A stretch of 64,000 nucleotides of DNA, taken from IMG/VR virus record IMGVR_UViG_3300025012_000026, positions 1-64,000 of that record, one strand, 5' to 3'. Numbering within the stretch: position 1 is the first letter of the stretch; every line of letters starts with the position of its first letter. Below the pieces are notes generated by a model. It was not told the DNA's origin. It saw only the letters and a program-made list of their open reading frames with translations, and searched no databases. Below, piece by piece: positions 10,232 to 20,134 of the stretch. The position numbers and the translations under genes were made by a program.

Positions 10232-10871
10232 TTTTATTATTAATTTACAATCTAATTTATGAGGTGATATGTTATGTTTACTGAAGGAGATGGTTAATAT
10301 GTTTACTGAAGATGAACGTGGAAACATTTGTGAACATGAATTGGATTAAACAAATATTATTAACTTATAATAGATAGTAATATTAATTTCTTTATAATAA
10401 TTATTACAAAGTAACATAAAAATTGTTATCATCAGTAAACTTCCCTCTATAAATTGTTGTGGTGATGATTTTTGGAAATTGCATAAGCCAAGACAGCAAC
10501 AATAAAAACTTGTTTTAGGGTTTGATAAAATTGGGTCAATGTTAGTGCAATTACAAACCCTCCCTAAAATCATGTGCATAAGTTAGTAAGACCTTGAAAG
10601 ACAGGCATTGCTCTGATAAAGAGTATGAGGTTTATAGATGCACAAAATTCCCCTCATCACTCATTGTTTGTTCTTTATGGCGTTAATCACAGTTCATTTA
10701 AACTTTAGTGATAGAGAAAAATGGCATACTGCAATGAGACTGATGAAATATATAAGTATGCCAAAAGAGATAAGGAGAATTTATAGGGGTATAATTCTCC
10801 TTCATACAGAAAGAATTGAGTTAATTACTCTAACAAAGAAGAAAAATACAAATTGAAAGAAGGAAAACAAT

Positions 10872-11570
10872 ATGTCTAATTCACAAAATTCACAAAACAC
10901 TAATTCAACAATTTCACTAAAAGAGTCCTTTCGCACATTGGTTTATATTGATAAAACTATTTCATCTCTAACTTCATATCTTTCTAATAAAAATAATTCT
11001 ATTTCTGTACTTGAACAACATCTTAAAGAAAAGTCCAATCCAGAAGCAAAAAATGAGGAATTAGATACAACTACTATTAAAGAATATCCAGATGCTTCAA
11101 CTGTAGATGTAATTAATCTTATTCAAGACTTGATTTCAGAAAAGACAAAATTAGAAATTTCAGTAGAGTTAGCAAAAAGAAATATAGTAATTCAAACTAA
11201 GGATAATAAAAATCTTAGCTTAGATTCTGCTATATCAAATGCAAAACAATCTAGAAATTTAGCTAATGTATTAAATAGTCTTATCAATATAAAAACAGAC
11301 GAGAAAAAGACTGTCGCACAAGGATTTAAATTCAATCAGGAAGGTAATGAGACTCCATATAGGTATGATGTAGTAATTACTAAAACAATTAATTTTGATA
11401 GAAGTATTGTTAGTGATAATTATAAGTCATTACTAGAAAAAGCTGATAAACTTAGTATTTCTATTGAAAAATCCATGATGGAAGAAATTGTGGAATATGA
11501 ATTCCCTTATAGCATTCATGATTCAACAGCAGATATTGTGAGTAAATATTTATATTCTATTGATTTATAA
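10872..11570 (+). CDS. helical hypothetical protein, DIP1984/DUF6847-like
   Basis: AAGGA RBS; pattern SLKESFR..., LDSAIS.AKQSR, GFKFNQEGN, KADKLSISIE recalled from a widespread clostridial uncharacterised family. Confidence 0.7.
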   Translation: MSNSQNSQNTNSTISLKESFRTLVYIDKTISSLTSYLSNKNNSISVLEQHLKEKSNPEAKNEELDTTTIKEYPDASTVDVINLIQDLISEKTKLEISVELAKRNIVIQTKDNKNLSLDSAISNAKQSRNLANVLNSLINIKTDEKKTVAQGFKFNQEGNETPYRYDVVITKTINFDRSIVSDNYKSLLEKADKLSISIEKSMMEEIVEYEFPYSIHDSTADIVSKYLYSIDL

Positions 11571-11641
11571 TCTTTATCTAATAATTAACCATGACAATTA
11601 ATTAGTAGAGATGCCTAACCACATCTCTACTAATTAAAACA

Positions 11642-12069
11642 ACTAACCAGAAGCAAAGCAAGATATAGACTATTTATTTGGACATCTGAAATTAGATGTA
11701 AATTCAAGTTACCATATTCAAACATTGCAAAATAGTGCAGGTTATGTATATTAAATACATAATAATAAAACAAAATTTAGGTTTGCTGTCACAAGCAAGA
11801 AGAATCGCTAATCTATCACTAAGCGCAAAATCATTATTCACCAATACGATATGACATTAGTACATTATTCATAAATACGACAATCGTTTCGTTAATCACC
11901 ATTTGATAAATTTTAGGATTTTAAATCCTTATAGAAGAACAAATATTAAAAATAAAGTATTTTAAAAGATACTCTCTTAGAAATAAGAGGATATTGATTT
12001 TTAATAAATAAATGGATAATATAATTAATTAAGAAAAATAGTCTTATTTTGCTTGCTTTTCTGGTTAGT
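11642..12069 (+). ncRNA. candidate large structured ncRNA
   Basis: ~30 bp closing helix 11642-11675/12036-12069 with nested helices and several hairpins; no ORF of 60 aa or more. Confidence 0.7.
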
Positions 12070-12158
12070 ATATAAAACACTAAATGGGTTTGATAGTACA
12101 ACCCATATAAAAACTATCATTATAAACTTTTCTCTAATAAGGAGATGATTTTTATCAA

Positions 12159-12527
12159 ATGGATAAAATGAAACTAAACAACAAAACTAAACTAAGTACA
12201 GGAACTCAAGTACAAATTCTTGACAACTCAAATTGGAATGGTTTATTTGCAATTGTTGATGATATCGTAGATATTGATAATAATAATATAAATATTCCGG
12301 TGCTATATTGTGTTAGTAAGCCGACTGAGAAATATTATGTTTATCCTGAATTGGAGGATAAGATTAGGATTGTCGGTGGTGATATTGATAATAATGATTA
12401 TGACATAGAAAATGCTGATACTACTTGCCCTATTTGTAAAAATAGTAATAAGAGATACTGGTTGGCATTCTTTTATGATAAGACTTATTTAGTGTGTAGG
12501 GATTGTTGGTATAGTGAATTGATTTAG
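12159..12527 (+). CDS. hypothetical protein with C-terminal zinc finger
   Basis: AAGGAG RBS; CPIC...CRDC. Confidence 0.6.
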   Translation: MDKMKLNNKTKLSTGTQVQILDNSNWNGLFAIVDDIVDIDNNNINIPVLYCVSKPTEKYYVYPELEDKIRIVGGDIDNNDYDIENADTTCPICKNSNKRYWLAFFYDKTYLVCRDCWYSELI

Positions 12528-12549
12528 TTTAAGAAAGTGGGGATTTGAT

Positions 12550-12729
12550 ATGATTACTAAGGAAAAAGAATTTGTTTATATTTACAATCAATTTCAGTCA
12601 CAATTTTATTTTTCTAAAGGAATTTTACCTTTAAAAGTAGGAAATGGAAGTAAAGGCGATACATATACTATGTTTAAAAATACAGATGAAGTAAAACAAG
12701 CATTCGGTGAATGGTGTCGTAGGAAATAA
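12550..12729 (+). CDS. small conserved phage protein (59 aa, below the track cutoff)
   Basis: Manual translation MITKEKEFVYIYNQFQSQFYFSKGILPLKVG...FGEWCRRK; paralogous to 43682-43909. Confidence 0.6.
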   Translation: MITKEKEFVYIYNQFQSQFYFSKGILPLKVGNGSKGDTYTMFKNTDEVKQAFGEWCRRK

Positions 12730-12863
12730 AAATTCCTACATGATATGAAGAGATATGAAGGGAAGCGTGAATTAATGCGTGACAGAGGAAATAAAAAATC
12801 ATAACAATGCAAAAAGTCGTAAAGTTTATGTTACATATTTTGATGATGAAAGGTGATAAAACA

Positions 12864-13109
12864 ATGAATATTTTTGAAACAAAAGATTTCTACTTGGCAG
12901 CATTATTTGTTAGTTACAAATTTCAATTAGTTGGTTCAGAGAAAAAAGATGAAAGTGTTTATTTTAAAATTGATAATAATAAACCTGAATTATTTCAAAA
13001 ATTAATTAATGATTTTTTAAATTATAAAGCAATGGTTAATTTAAACAAATTAACTAAAGCAACATCCCTATTAAGAAGGGAATTAGACAAACATAAAATT
13101 TTAAAATAA
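12864..13109 (+). CDS. DUF5659-like small protein
   Basis: AAGGTG RBS, ATG 12864; FETKDFYLAA...VYFKI pattern. Confidence 0.6.
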   Translation: MNIFETKDFYLAALFVSYKFQLVGSEKKDESVYFKIDNNKPELFQKLINDFLNYKAMVNLNKLTKATSLLRRELDKHKILK

Positions 13110-13148
13110 TTTTATTTGTCTGTGATGATGAAAGAGGTGATGCCTACA

Positions 13149-13751
13149 ATGGAAGATAAAACTATGCGGATATTAGCAGATATTTTTGTTAGTGACGTTG
13201 ATACGTTTAAGGATATAAAAGCACAAAAAGAAATTGGAGACTTTATAAAACAATATCTTAAAAAAGATGAAGATAATACTTTAACTGCTTCTCTTTTTGT
13301 AAAGGATGTTAAGAAACAACACTGGAAACCAAAAGATCATTTCACTAAAGTATTTAATTTAGAAATTGCTCATGCTGTTGAACAATATGGAATTACAAAA
13401 AGTGAATTAGCATTTTTATATTCTTTATCTCCTTATTTAAAATGGGAAATGAATTTAATCGTTGATTTGGAAGATAATCCATTAAATCAAATTAGTTTGG
13501 CAACATTATTAGACATTGATAGAAGAACTGTAAATAGAAATATGAAAAATTTAAGAGGAAAATTAGCAATAGTTAGTTATGAATTGGGTAAGGAAACCTT
13601 TTATTTGGTTAATCCTTATCTTCTTTATTGTGGTAAAAATATCAATATTCTAGTTCCTAGATTATTCGACACCATAGGATACGAAAAGTGTAGAAGTAAT
13701 AGAAAGGATACAGCCACAAAACGCACTAAAATCAAGGATTCTGAGCAATAA
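13149..13751 (+). CDS. RepL-like helix-turn-helix replication/maintenance protein
   Basis: GAGGTG RBS then ATG 13149; LATLLDIDRRTVNRNMKNL HTH followed by YLVNPYLLYCG. Confidence 0.7.
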   Translation: MEDKTMRILADIFVSDVDTFKDIKAQKEIGDFIKQYLKKDEDNTLTASLFVKDVKKQHWKPKDHFTKVFNLEIAHAVEQYGITKSELAFLYSLSPYLKWEMNLIVDLEDNPLNQISLATLLDIDRRTVNRNMKNLRGKLAIVSYELGKETFYLVNPYLLYCGKNINILVPRLFDTIGYEKCRSNRKDTATKRTKIKDSEQ

Positions 13752-13922
13752 TTAGTGTCATAGATGTCACTTGAGAAGTTTTAAAAAGTAGGTTAAACAA
13801 GGTTTTATTTTAGGAGTCGGGACATGAATGTCACCAATGTCTGAATCCCTTATGCCAGTAGGTGTAGAGGGGTTTACTTGTTGTGTAGGCATTTCGAGAT
13901 GATGAAAGGCGGTTATGCGATA

Positions 13923-14741
13923 ATGGCAAAGGATAAGAAAATAGGAATATATAAAATAACTAATATAATAAATAATAAAGTATATATTGGTCAAAGTCAA
14001 GATATAGATACTAGGTTAAGAGGACACAAAAGCACATTAAAAGCGAACACTCATTTTAATATTCATTTACAAAGAGCTTATAATAAGTATGGTATTGATA
14101 GTTTTACATATGAAATTCAAGAAGAATGTAGTGAGGATATTATTAATGAGAGGGAATCTTATTGGATAGAATTTTATAATAGTAGAGACAGATTTCACGG
14201 ATATAATATTGATTATGGTGGTACTAAAGATGTATTTTCAGAAGAGCATAAAATAAACATAAGCATTAGAAGAAAAGGGATGTATGAGATTGATGCAACT
14301 AATATAGATATTACATATTTAGAAATTTTGGAAGTTTTAAAACAAAAGACAAAGAATGAAAAATTATTGCTATATGCTATGCTTATAAATAGTAAAAGAT
14401 ATTCAGATGATAATGGTGTTTTCTATATGTCTTATAAAGAAATGTCTAGAAAAACTGGAATTAAATCAAAAAATACTTTAATAAAAATTATTAATCAGTT
14501 TAATAATAGTGGAATTATTAATATTGTAAGTAGAAATACGATACAAACAAATTCTTACAAAATAAATTATAGTATTGATGATGATAATAAAGAAAAGTTT
14601 ATTGTGAATAAAGAAGAAAACAATTACTTAAATTCATTTGTAAAGTGCTTGTTTAAGTTTTATAATCGCAAAGAGCTTAAAAAGATGTTAAATGAAAGAT
14701 ATTATTTAAGTATATGTAGGTTATATAAAAGTATAAAATAA
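13923..14741 (+). CDS. GIY-YIG endonuclease with C-terminal HTH
   Basis: IGIYKITN...VYIGQS, ERESYWIE, GYNI. Confidence 0.85.
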   Translation: MAKDKKIGIYKITNIINNKVYIGQSQDIDTRLRGHKSTLKANTHFNIHLQRAYNKYGIDSFTYEIQEECSEDIINERESYWIEFYNSRDRFHGYNIDYGGTKDVFSEEHKINISIRRKGMYEIDATNIDITYLEILEVLKQKTKNEKLLLYAMLINSKRYSDDNGVFYMSYKEMSRKTGIKSKNTLIKIINQFNNSGIINIVSRNTIQTNSYKINYSIDDDNKEKFIVNKEENNYLNSFVKCLFKFYNRKELKKMLNERYYLSICRLYKSIK

Positions 14742-14767
14742 ATATATAGGGTGGTATTAACAACATA

Positions 14768-16102
14768 TTGGATAAAAAATTAATAGAAATTTGTTACCAA
14801 AAGTACAATAAGAAAATATCTGATTCTTGGGATACTTTAGCAAAATTGTATTATCCTCAAAGCACAGGTGAAGGATTAAGAAGTAAATTCAAGAAATATA
14901 GAAAAGCAAATGGAACATTAAAAGCAAAAGATATTATTAATGGTATTATTCTTGGTAATGGTGATAGAGAATTAATTATTCCTGCTTCTACTCCATCTAA
15001 ACCTAATTATAAAGAATCTGTAGAAATCAAGCAAGATGATTCTCAAGTTTCTGATAAATTAATTTCTATGAGTCTTGAAGAATCTAAAGATCCTGAATTT
15101 GTTTTGAAATCACATGGATATTCGCCTGATAAGTTTATTTTGCTTAGTGCCAAAAATAGCATGTGGCATATGAATACTAAGGAAGATGGAGTAAAGGTTC
15201 TCTACAGTTCAAAGGTGAGCGTTAAACCAAGGACTGAAATATTACTTAATGAAGACAATATTACAAAAATACTAGACAATTTAATCAAAAACTACTCTAT
15301 CCCATCCCCTAAACATACTAAATATAATCCCATCACAAATGGAAATTTGCTTATATTAAACATAGCAGATTTACATGTAGGATTAAAAAGTTACTTAGAA
15401 ACAAGTAATAATGAATATGATGATGTAATTGCAACTAATAGATTTTTCTATGTAATTAATGATGTTGTAAGTAGAATTAAACATAAAGAAATAGATAAGA
15501 TTATATTATTAAATCTAGGTGATATATGTAATTTTGATACCCCATATCAGACTACAAAAGGAACTCCTCAGACAGATCACTCAGTAAGTCATTATCAAAT
15601 GTTTACGAAAGTATCTGATTTATTAATTAAAGCTATTGATATTTTATCACAAATTGCTCCTGTAGAAGTATGGAATTGCAATTCTAATCATGATAGATAT
15701 ACTACGTTTGGAATCTTTCAAGTTTTAAATTCGTGGTATAGAAATAATGATAATGTGTGGATTGATACCGGGACATTGGATAGGAAATATATTAAGTATG
15801 GGCGAGTATTAGTGGGGATAGCACACGATATTAATGAAAAGTCAGCATTTAAGACAATACATAATGAAGCAAAAGAATATATTAGTGATTGTGATTATTT
15901 GTATTGGTTTGTTGCACATCAGCATAAGACAATGGTCATTGACGATTATGGGGTTGAGATTAGGAGATTACCAACTGTGAGTTCTAATTCAGAGTGGTCT
16001 TATTCTCAAGCTTATACTGGTACAGTTAAGAAGAGTCAAAGTTTTATTGTTAGTAAGGAATATGGGATTATTGATATTATGAATACTGTGATTAAGGATT
16101 AA
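14768..16102 (+). CDS. YonJ-like calcineurin-like metallophosphoesterase
   Basis: ADLHVG, NLGD, NSNHD, AHQH metal-binding motifs. Confidence 0.8.
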   Translation: MDKKLIEICYQKYNKKISDSWDTLAKLYYPQSTGEGLRSKFKKYRKANGTLKAKDIINGIILGNGDRELIIPASTPSKPNYKESVEIKQDDSQVSDKLISMSLEESKDPEFVLKSHGYSPDKFILLSAKNSMWHMNTKEDGVKVLYSSKVSVKPRTEILLNEDNITKILDNLIKNYSIPSPKHTKYNPITNGNLLILNIADLHVGLKSYLETSNNEYDDVIATNRFFYVINDVVSRIKHKEIDKIILLNLGDICNFDTPYQTTKGTPQTDHSVSHYQMFTKVSDLLIKAIDILSQIAPVEVWNCNSNHDRYTTFGIFQVLNSWYRNNDNVWIDTGTLDRKYIKYGRVLVGIAHDINEKSAFKTIHNEAKEYISDCDYLYWFVAHQHKTMVIDDYGVEIRRLPTVSSNSEWSYSQAYTGTVKKSQSFIVSKEYGIIDIMNTVIKD

Positions 16103-16128
16103 TTAAATAACTGAAGGGTAATAAGTAT

Positions 16129-16728
16129 ATGGAAATTATGATACCAATTAATAAAATTATCGAGGAAATTAAACTCAATGCCTACATTAATGAGCGCACA
16201 ATCTACATTAACGACGATTCTATCAATGAAGAAACCGAATTTATTGTTAATAGAATGTTTGAGAAAATAGTAGAAAGAGATAAAGCAAGTGGAATAACAC
16301 CTTCCAAAGCAGAACCAATTATTCTTAAAATTTCTAGTTATGGTGGCTCAGTTTTTGCATCACTAAGTATAATTGCTACCATAGAAACACTCAAGGAGAG
16401 TGGTTATAAAATCATTGGTAAAGCATATGGAAAAATAATGAGTGGTGCGTTTAAGATTTTCATATCTACTTCTGAGCGTATTTGTCAAAACCATACTCGA
16501 TTTCTCTACCATCAAGTACAAAGTTTTGAAATGGGAAATACATCAGTAGAGCAAACAAAAAGAAAGTTAAAAGACCTAGAGGCATCATGGCGTAGGTGTC
16601 AAGATGTAATTCTTAAATATACTAATATTACTCAAGAAAAACTTGATGATATTACTGAACATGATTTGGACGTATATTTATGGCCTGAAGAAGCAATTTT
16701 ACTGGGATGTGTAGACAAAATAATCTAA
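16129..16728 (+). CDS. clpP: ClpP-like serine protease
   Basis: ISSYGGSV, IMSGA (catalytic Ser), LYHQV, EEAILLGCVDKII. Confidence 0.85.
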   Translation: MEIMIPINKIIEEIKLNAYINERTIYINDDSINEETEFIVNRMFEKIVERDKASGITPSKAEPIILKISSYGGSVFASLSIIATIETLKESGYKIIGKAYGKIMSGAFKIFISTSERICQNHTRFLYHQVQSFEMGNTSVEQTKRKLKDLEASWRRCQDVILKYTNITQEKLDDITEHDLDVYLWPEEAILLGCVDKII

Positions 16729-16748
16729 ATTACAAGGAGAAATAACAT

Positions 16749-17141
16749 ATGTGCGATAACTGCAAAGAAATAATCACAGAAACCTCAGAAACCTCAGAAA
16801 CATCTAAACCAGATACAAATACAGAACCAGAAACAAAATCACCATTAGATGACATCCTCATGTTCACAGAACCTTTTTCCATTTCTACAGATAATCTAGA
16901 AAATGATAAAGATATTCAAATTGATAAAGATGAATTTATTAAAGGAATAAAAGAAGCAAGTTATTTTTCTGGATTTTATACTTGTTTGATTAATTCAGGT
17001 ATGTCTATGGAAGATGTAGTTTCTATTATTATGAATAAAATGAATGTTGATCACAATATTACCATGTCTCGTATTCAGACAGATGGAAGCATTGAAGTTT
17101 CTAAGAATAGTGTATTATTAAAAGAGAAGGATATGTTGTAA
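16749..17141 (+). CDS. hypothetical protein
   Basis: AAGGAG RBS; short TSE tandem repeat at the N-terminus. Confidence 0.65.
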   Translation: MCDNCKEIITETSETSETSKPDTNTEPETKSPLDDILMFTEPFSISTDNLENDKDIQIDKDEFIKGIKEASYFSGFYTCLINSGMSMEDVVSIIMNKMNVDHNITMSRIQTDGSIEVSKNSVLLKEKDML

Positions 17142-17221
17142 GTTTTATTAAAACATAAATAATACAATCTAACTTTAACATATAAAGATAAAATAAAATA
17201 TAAAAGCGAGGAATATTAATT

Positions 17222-18016
17222 ATGCTGATTAACAAAATAAAATATACATTATCTCAAGTTGAAGAAATTATTGATTCTCACTTAGACTCTGAACAAAATT
17301 TAATGTTTATTTGCGACTTTTCAGTAGCTCATTATATTTATGATTATATCCACAATTACTATGGGATAGATGCTGAATGTATGGAATTGTCAAGTGATGT
17401 TGATGAATACTATGTCAGTTTACAATTTTACAAAGATAAAGAAATTGGTTTCTTTTGTGAATTTGCTAAAATGGATGATGGTACATATAAATATGACGAG
17501 GTAGATAATATAGATTATTTTGTGATGTCTGATATGAGTTTTGGAGATGTTAGAGAATTCTTAGCAGGAAAAGGTAGGGTAATATTTTGTGAATTTGATA
17601 ATGAGAATTGTTTGGAAGAAGAATATGATTGTGAAAATGTTGATGAATTGTTAGATGGTGAAGAGCATTATCAAAATTGTTCTTGTGTATCATGCAAACA
17701 ATTCCGTGGAGAATTTACTGAAGATGAAGAATATGAAATTGGTTTAGTAGAACATTATGCTGGATATATTGAGAATAGTGAATGTGAGTATGGATCAGAA
17801 TTAAGGAATATTCTTTATAGTATGTTGCAGGAATGTATGTCTATGGGGTATGAAAATGCTAGAGAAGAAAATGATGAAGAAATCGAAGGAAAAAATACTG
17901 TTAATATTCATATTGATAATTTGATTTGGGATAATAGTAAACTTGACAAAGAAAATTTAGATAAAATTGCAAAATATACTATTTTAAAGATTGAGGATAA
18001 TTTGAGAAAGAGATAA
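17222..18016 (+). CDS. highly acidic hypothetical protein
   Basis: 264 aa ORF, GAGG RBS, D/E-rich. Confidence 0.7.
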   Translation: MLINKIKYTLSQVEEIIDSHLDSEQNLMFICDFSVAHYIYDYIHNYYGIDAECMELSSDVDEYYVSLQFYKDKEIGFFCEFAKMDDGTYKYDEVDNIDYFVMSDMSFGDVREFLAGKGRVIFCEFDNENCLEEEYDCENVDELLDGEEHYQNCSCVSCKQFRGEFTEDEEYEIGLVEHYAGYIENSECEYGSELRNILYSMLQECMSMGYENAREENDEEIEGKNTVNIHIDNLIWDNSKLDKENLDKIAKYTILKIEDNLRKR

Positions 18017-18165
18017 AATTATTAGATTGTAATTTATTTATAAGTAGATCAGACACATCATTAATTTGGTGTGTCTACTTGTGCTTATAAATAAATAAGC
18101 ATTAATAAAAATAACTGACTTTAATATTTAGAGTTTAGTCAGTGCTCTAGAAAGGATGATAAAAA

Positions 18166-18975
18166 ATGTATCAAGAGAAAATGGTGGTCTGTCTCAAAAA
18201 TAATGGCAAAATCCTTAGAGAAAAAGAGGGGATAATTCAAATTCCATTTGGTAGCGAGTATTCTATTTATATCAAGAATATGGAATCAAGAAAAGCAAAA
18301 GTTAAGATATCTATAGATGGAGTAGATGTACTTAATGGCCAGTCATTATTAGTTAATCCAAATGAGACAACTGAATTAGAAGGATTTTTAAGTGATTGTA
18401 CTGCAAAAAATAAGTTTAAATTTATACCAAAAACAAAAGAAATTTCTGAATATCGTGGAGATAAAATTGAAGATGGATTGATTAGGGTTGAATTTTGGTA
18501 TGAGAAATTAAAACCAATTACTCAACAGATTAATCAAGTATTTAATCCTATTAGCCCTTGGATTACTTATAAACAACCTATTTATGATTATAATCCTACT
18601 TGGATAACTGTTACGTCTAGTACAACACCTAAATCTGTACAGACTGATTGTTTAAGATCGTTTGATAATAGTATTTGCCAAACTAGTTTTACTGCACAGA
18701 ATTGTTCTTTAAATAATTCTGTAAATCTTAAAAGTTTTGATGAGGGAATTACTGTAAAAGGCGAAGAGATTAATCAAGAATTTAAATATGGGAATATCGG
18801 TGTATTGGAAGAAAATTCTCATGTGATTATTTTAAGATTAGTTGGGTTTAATGATATCGGAGACAAAGTTGAGAAGGTTGTTACTGTAAGAGATAAATTG
18901 CAATGTAAGATTTGCGGTAAAGTTAGTGGATCTGATGCTAAGTTTTGTGATAGATGTGGGAGTTATTTGGAATAG
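18166..18975 (+). CDS. conserved phage protein with C-terminal zinc ribbon
   Basis: IPFGSEYSIYIKN, ISIDGVDVL; CKICG...FCDRCG. Confidence 0.75.
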   Translation: MYQEKMVVCLKNNGKILREKEGIIQIPFGSEYSIYIKNMESRKAKVKISIDGVDVLNGQSLLVNPNETTELEGFLSDCTAKNKFKFIPKTKEISEYRGDKIEDGLIRVEFWYEKLKPITQQINQVFNPISPWITYKQPIYDYNPTWITVTSSTTPKSVQTDCLRSFDNSICQTSFTAQNCSLNNSVNLKSFDEGITVKGEEINQEFKYGNIGVLEENSHVIILRLVGFNDIGDKVEKVVTVRDKLQCKICGKVSGSDAKFCDRCGSYLE

Positions 18976-19129
18976 AAATAAATAAAATTTTGCTATAGAT
19001 AGTGATCCTAGCTTTTGTTAGGAGTATTTTTGTGTAACAAAATAAGTTATACAAGGATAGGTTGCTATATAAATGCACTGATAAGTATTGCTCGTACTTC
19101 CACTATAAAAATGAGCAGGAGGATTTGCT

Positions 19130-19891
19130 ATGTCAAATCAATTAGTAAAACTTAAAGAACTGGAGTTAATGGAAGTTGATTTTAATGGTAATCTAATCAT
19201 AGTCGTAAAAATGAAAGACACTGGTAAAAGTTATGTAGGTGTGAATTGGATTTGTAATGGAATAGGTTTGTCAGAAGGTCAGTTAAAAAATGAGAGAAAA
19301 AAGATTCAAGAAGATATTGTACTTTCTAAAGGGGGACGTAATCTCATCCTCCCCACAAAAGGAGGTAATCAGCAGTCATTATGTCTTGAGTTAGATTTTT
19401 TACCTTTATGGTTGGCTAAAATTTCTATTACTAAAGATATGCAAAAAAATAAACCTGAAGTTATGGATAAACTTATTGATTATCAATTGAATGCTAAAGA
19501 TGTATTATCTAAAGCATTTTTTGGAAAACAAGAAAAATGGGACTTACAACGTGAAGTAGGTAAAGTAGATAGGAAAAGAATGACTTCTAGTATTCAAGAA
19601 TATGTTCCAAATATAAATAAGTATACATATAGCAATTACACTGACATGGTATATCTTATTTTATTCAATATGAAAGCAAAACAAATAAGAGAAACCAGAA
19701 ATATAAATAAGAAAAGTGATTTAACTAGAGATTATTTAACTGAGACTGAATTAAAGATTGTAGATGAAGCAGAGACGATTGTAACTGCATTGACTACTTT
19801 GGGATTTAAGCAGGATTATATAAAGCATCAATTAGAGGTTAAATATGGAAATAAAACGTTGGATAATAGTAATAAGGATTTATTGAATTAG
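19130..19891 (+). CDS. antirepressor-like protein (P22 AR N-terminal domain)
   Basis: VDFNG...YVGVNWICNGIGL...FLPLWLAKI...LIDYQLNAKDVL. Confidence 0.8.
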   Translation: MSNQLVKLKELELMEVDFNGNLIIVVKMKDTGKSYVGVNWICNGIGLSEGQLKNERKKIQEDIVLSKGGRNLILPTKGGNQQSLCLELDFLPLWLAKISITKDMQKNKPEVMDKLIDYQLNAKDVLSKAFFGKQEKWDLQREVGKVDRKRMTSSIQEYVPNINKYTYSNYTDMVYLILFNMKAKQIRETRNINKKSDLTRDYLTETELKIVDEAETIVTALTTLGFKQDYIKHQLEVKYGNKTLDNSNKDLLN

Positions 19892-19921
19892 ATAATAATT
19901 TAATATTTTGTAAGTTATAAG

Positions 19922-19948
19922 ACGCTTGAGCAATCAGGCGTTTTCTGT
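19922..19948 (+). terminator. probable intrinsic terminator
   Basis: AGACGCTTGA-GCAA-TCAGGCGTTT stem followed by T-rich tail. Confidence 0.6.
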
Positions 19949-20134
19949 GTGGATGGAATTGTGTTTAGATTATGCCTAGTCTTAATTGACTAGGTATTTA
20001 TGTGAGCATAATTTGTTCATATGAGTAAGGAAGTAAATTGTGAGGAGTAGCTACCTCATTCTGTGCGGCTTTCTTACTCTATTTATTTTGTATCGCACAG
20101 AAATAATATTACGCATAGAAAGAAGGAATTAGAG

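Noticed and set aside
10721-10770. CTGATGA inside a hairpin, suggesting a hammerhead ribozyme
   Set aside because: No stem II followed by GAAA and no properly placed NUH site; the core is incomplete
10638-10856. 72 aa ORF upstream of the DIP1984-like gene
   Set aside because: Overlaps several hairpins and has no recognisable features; more likely non-coding, though not excluded
16777-16805. Short tandem repeats (AGAAACCTC in 16749; ATTGCACCA at ~48550)
   Set aside because: In-frame 9 nt repeats encoding low-complexity linkers; ordinary
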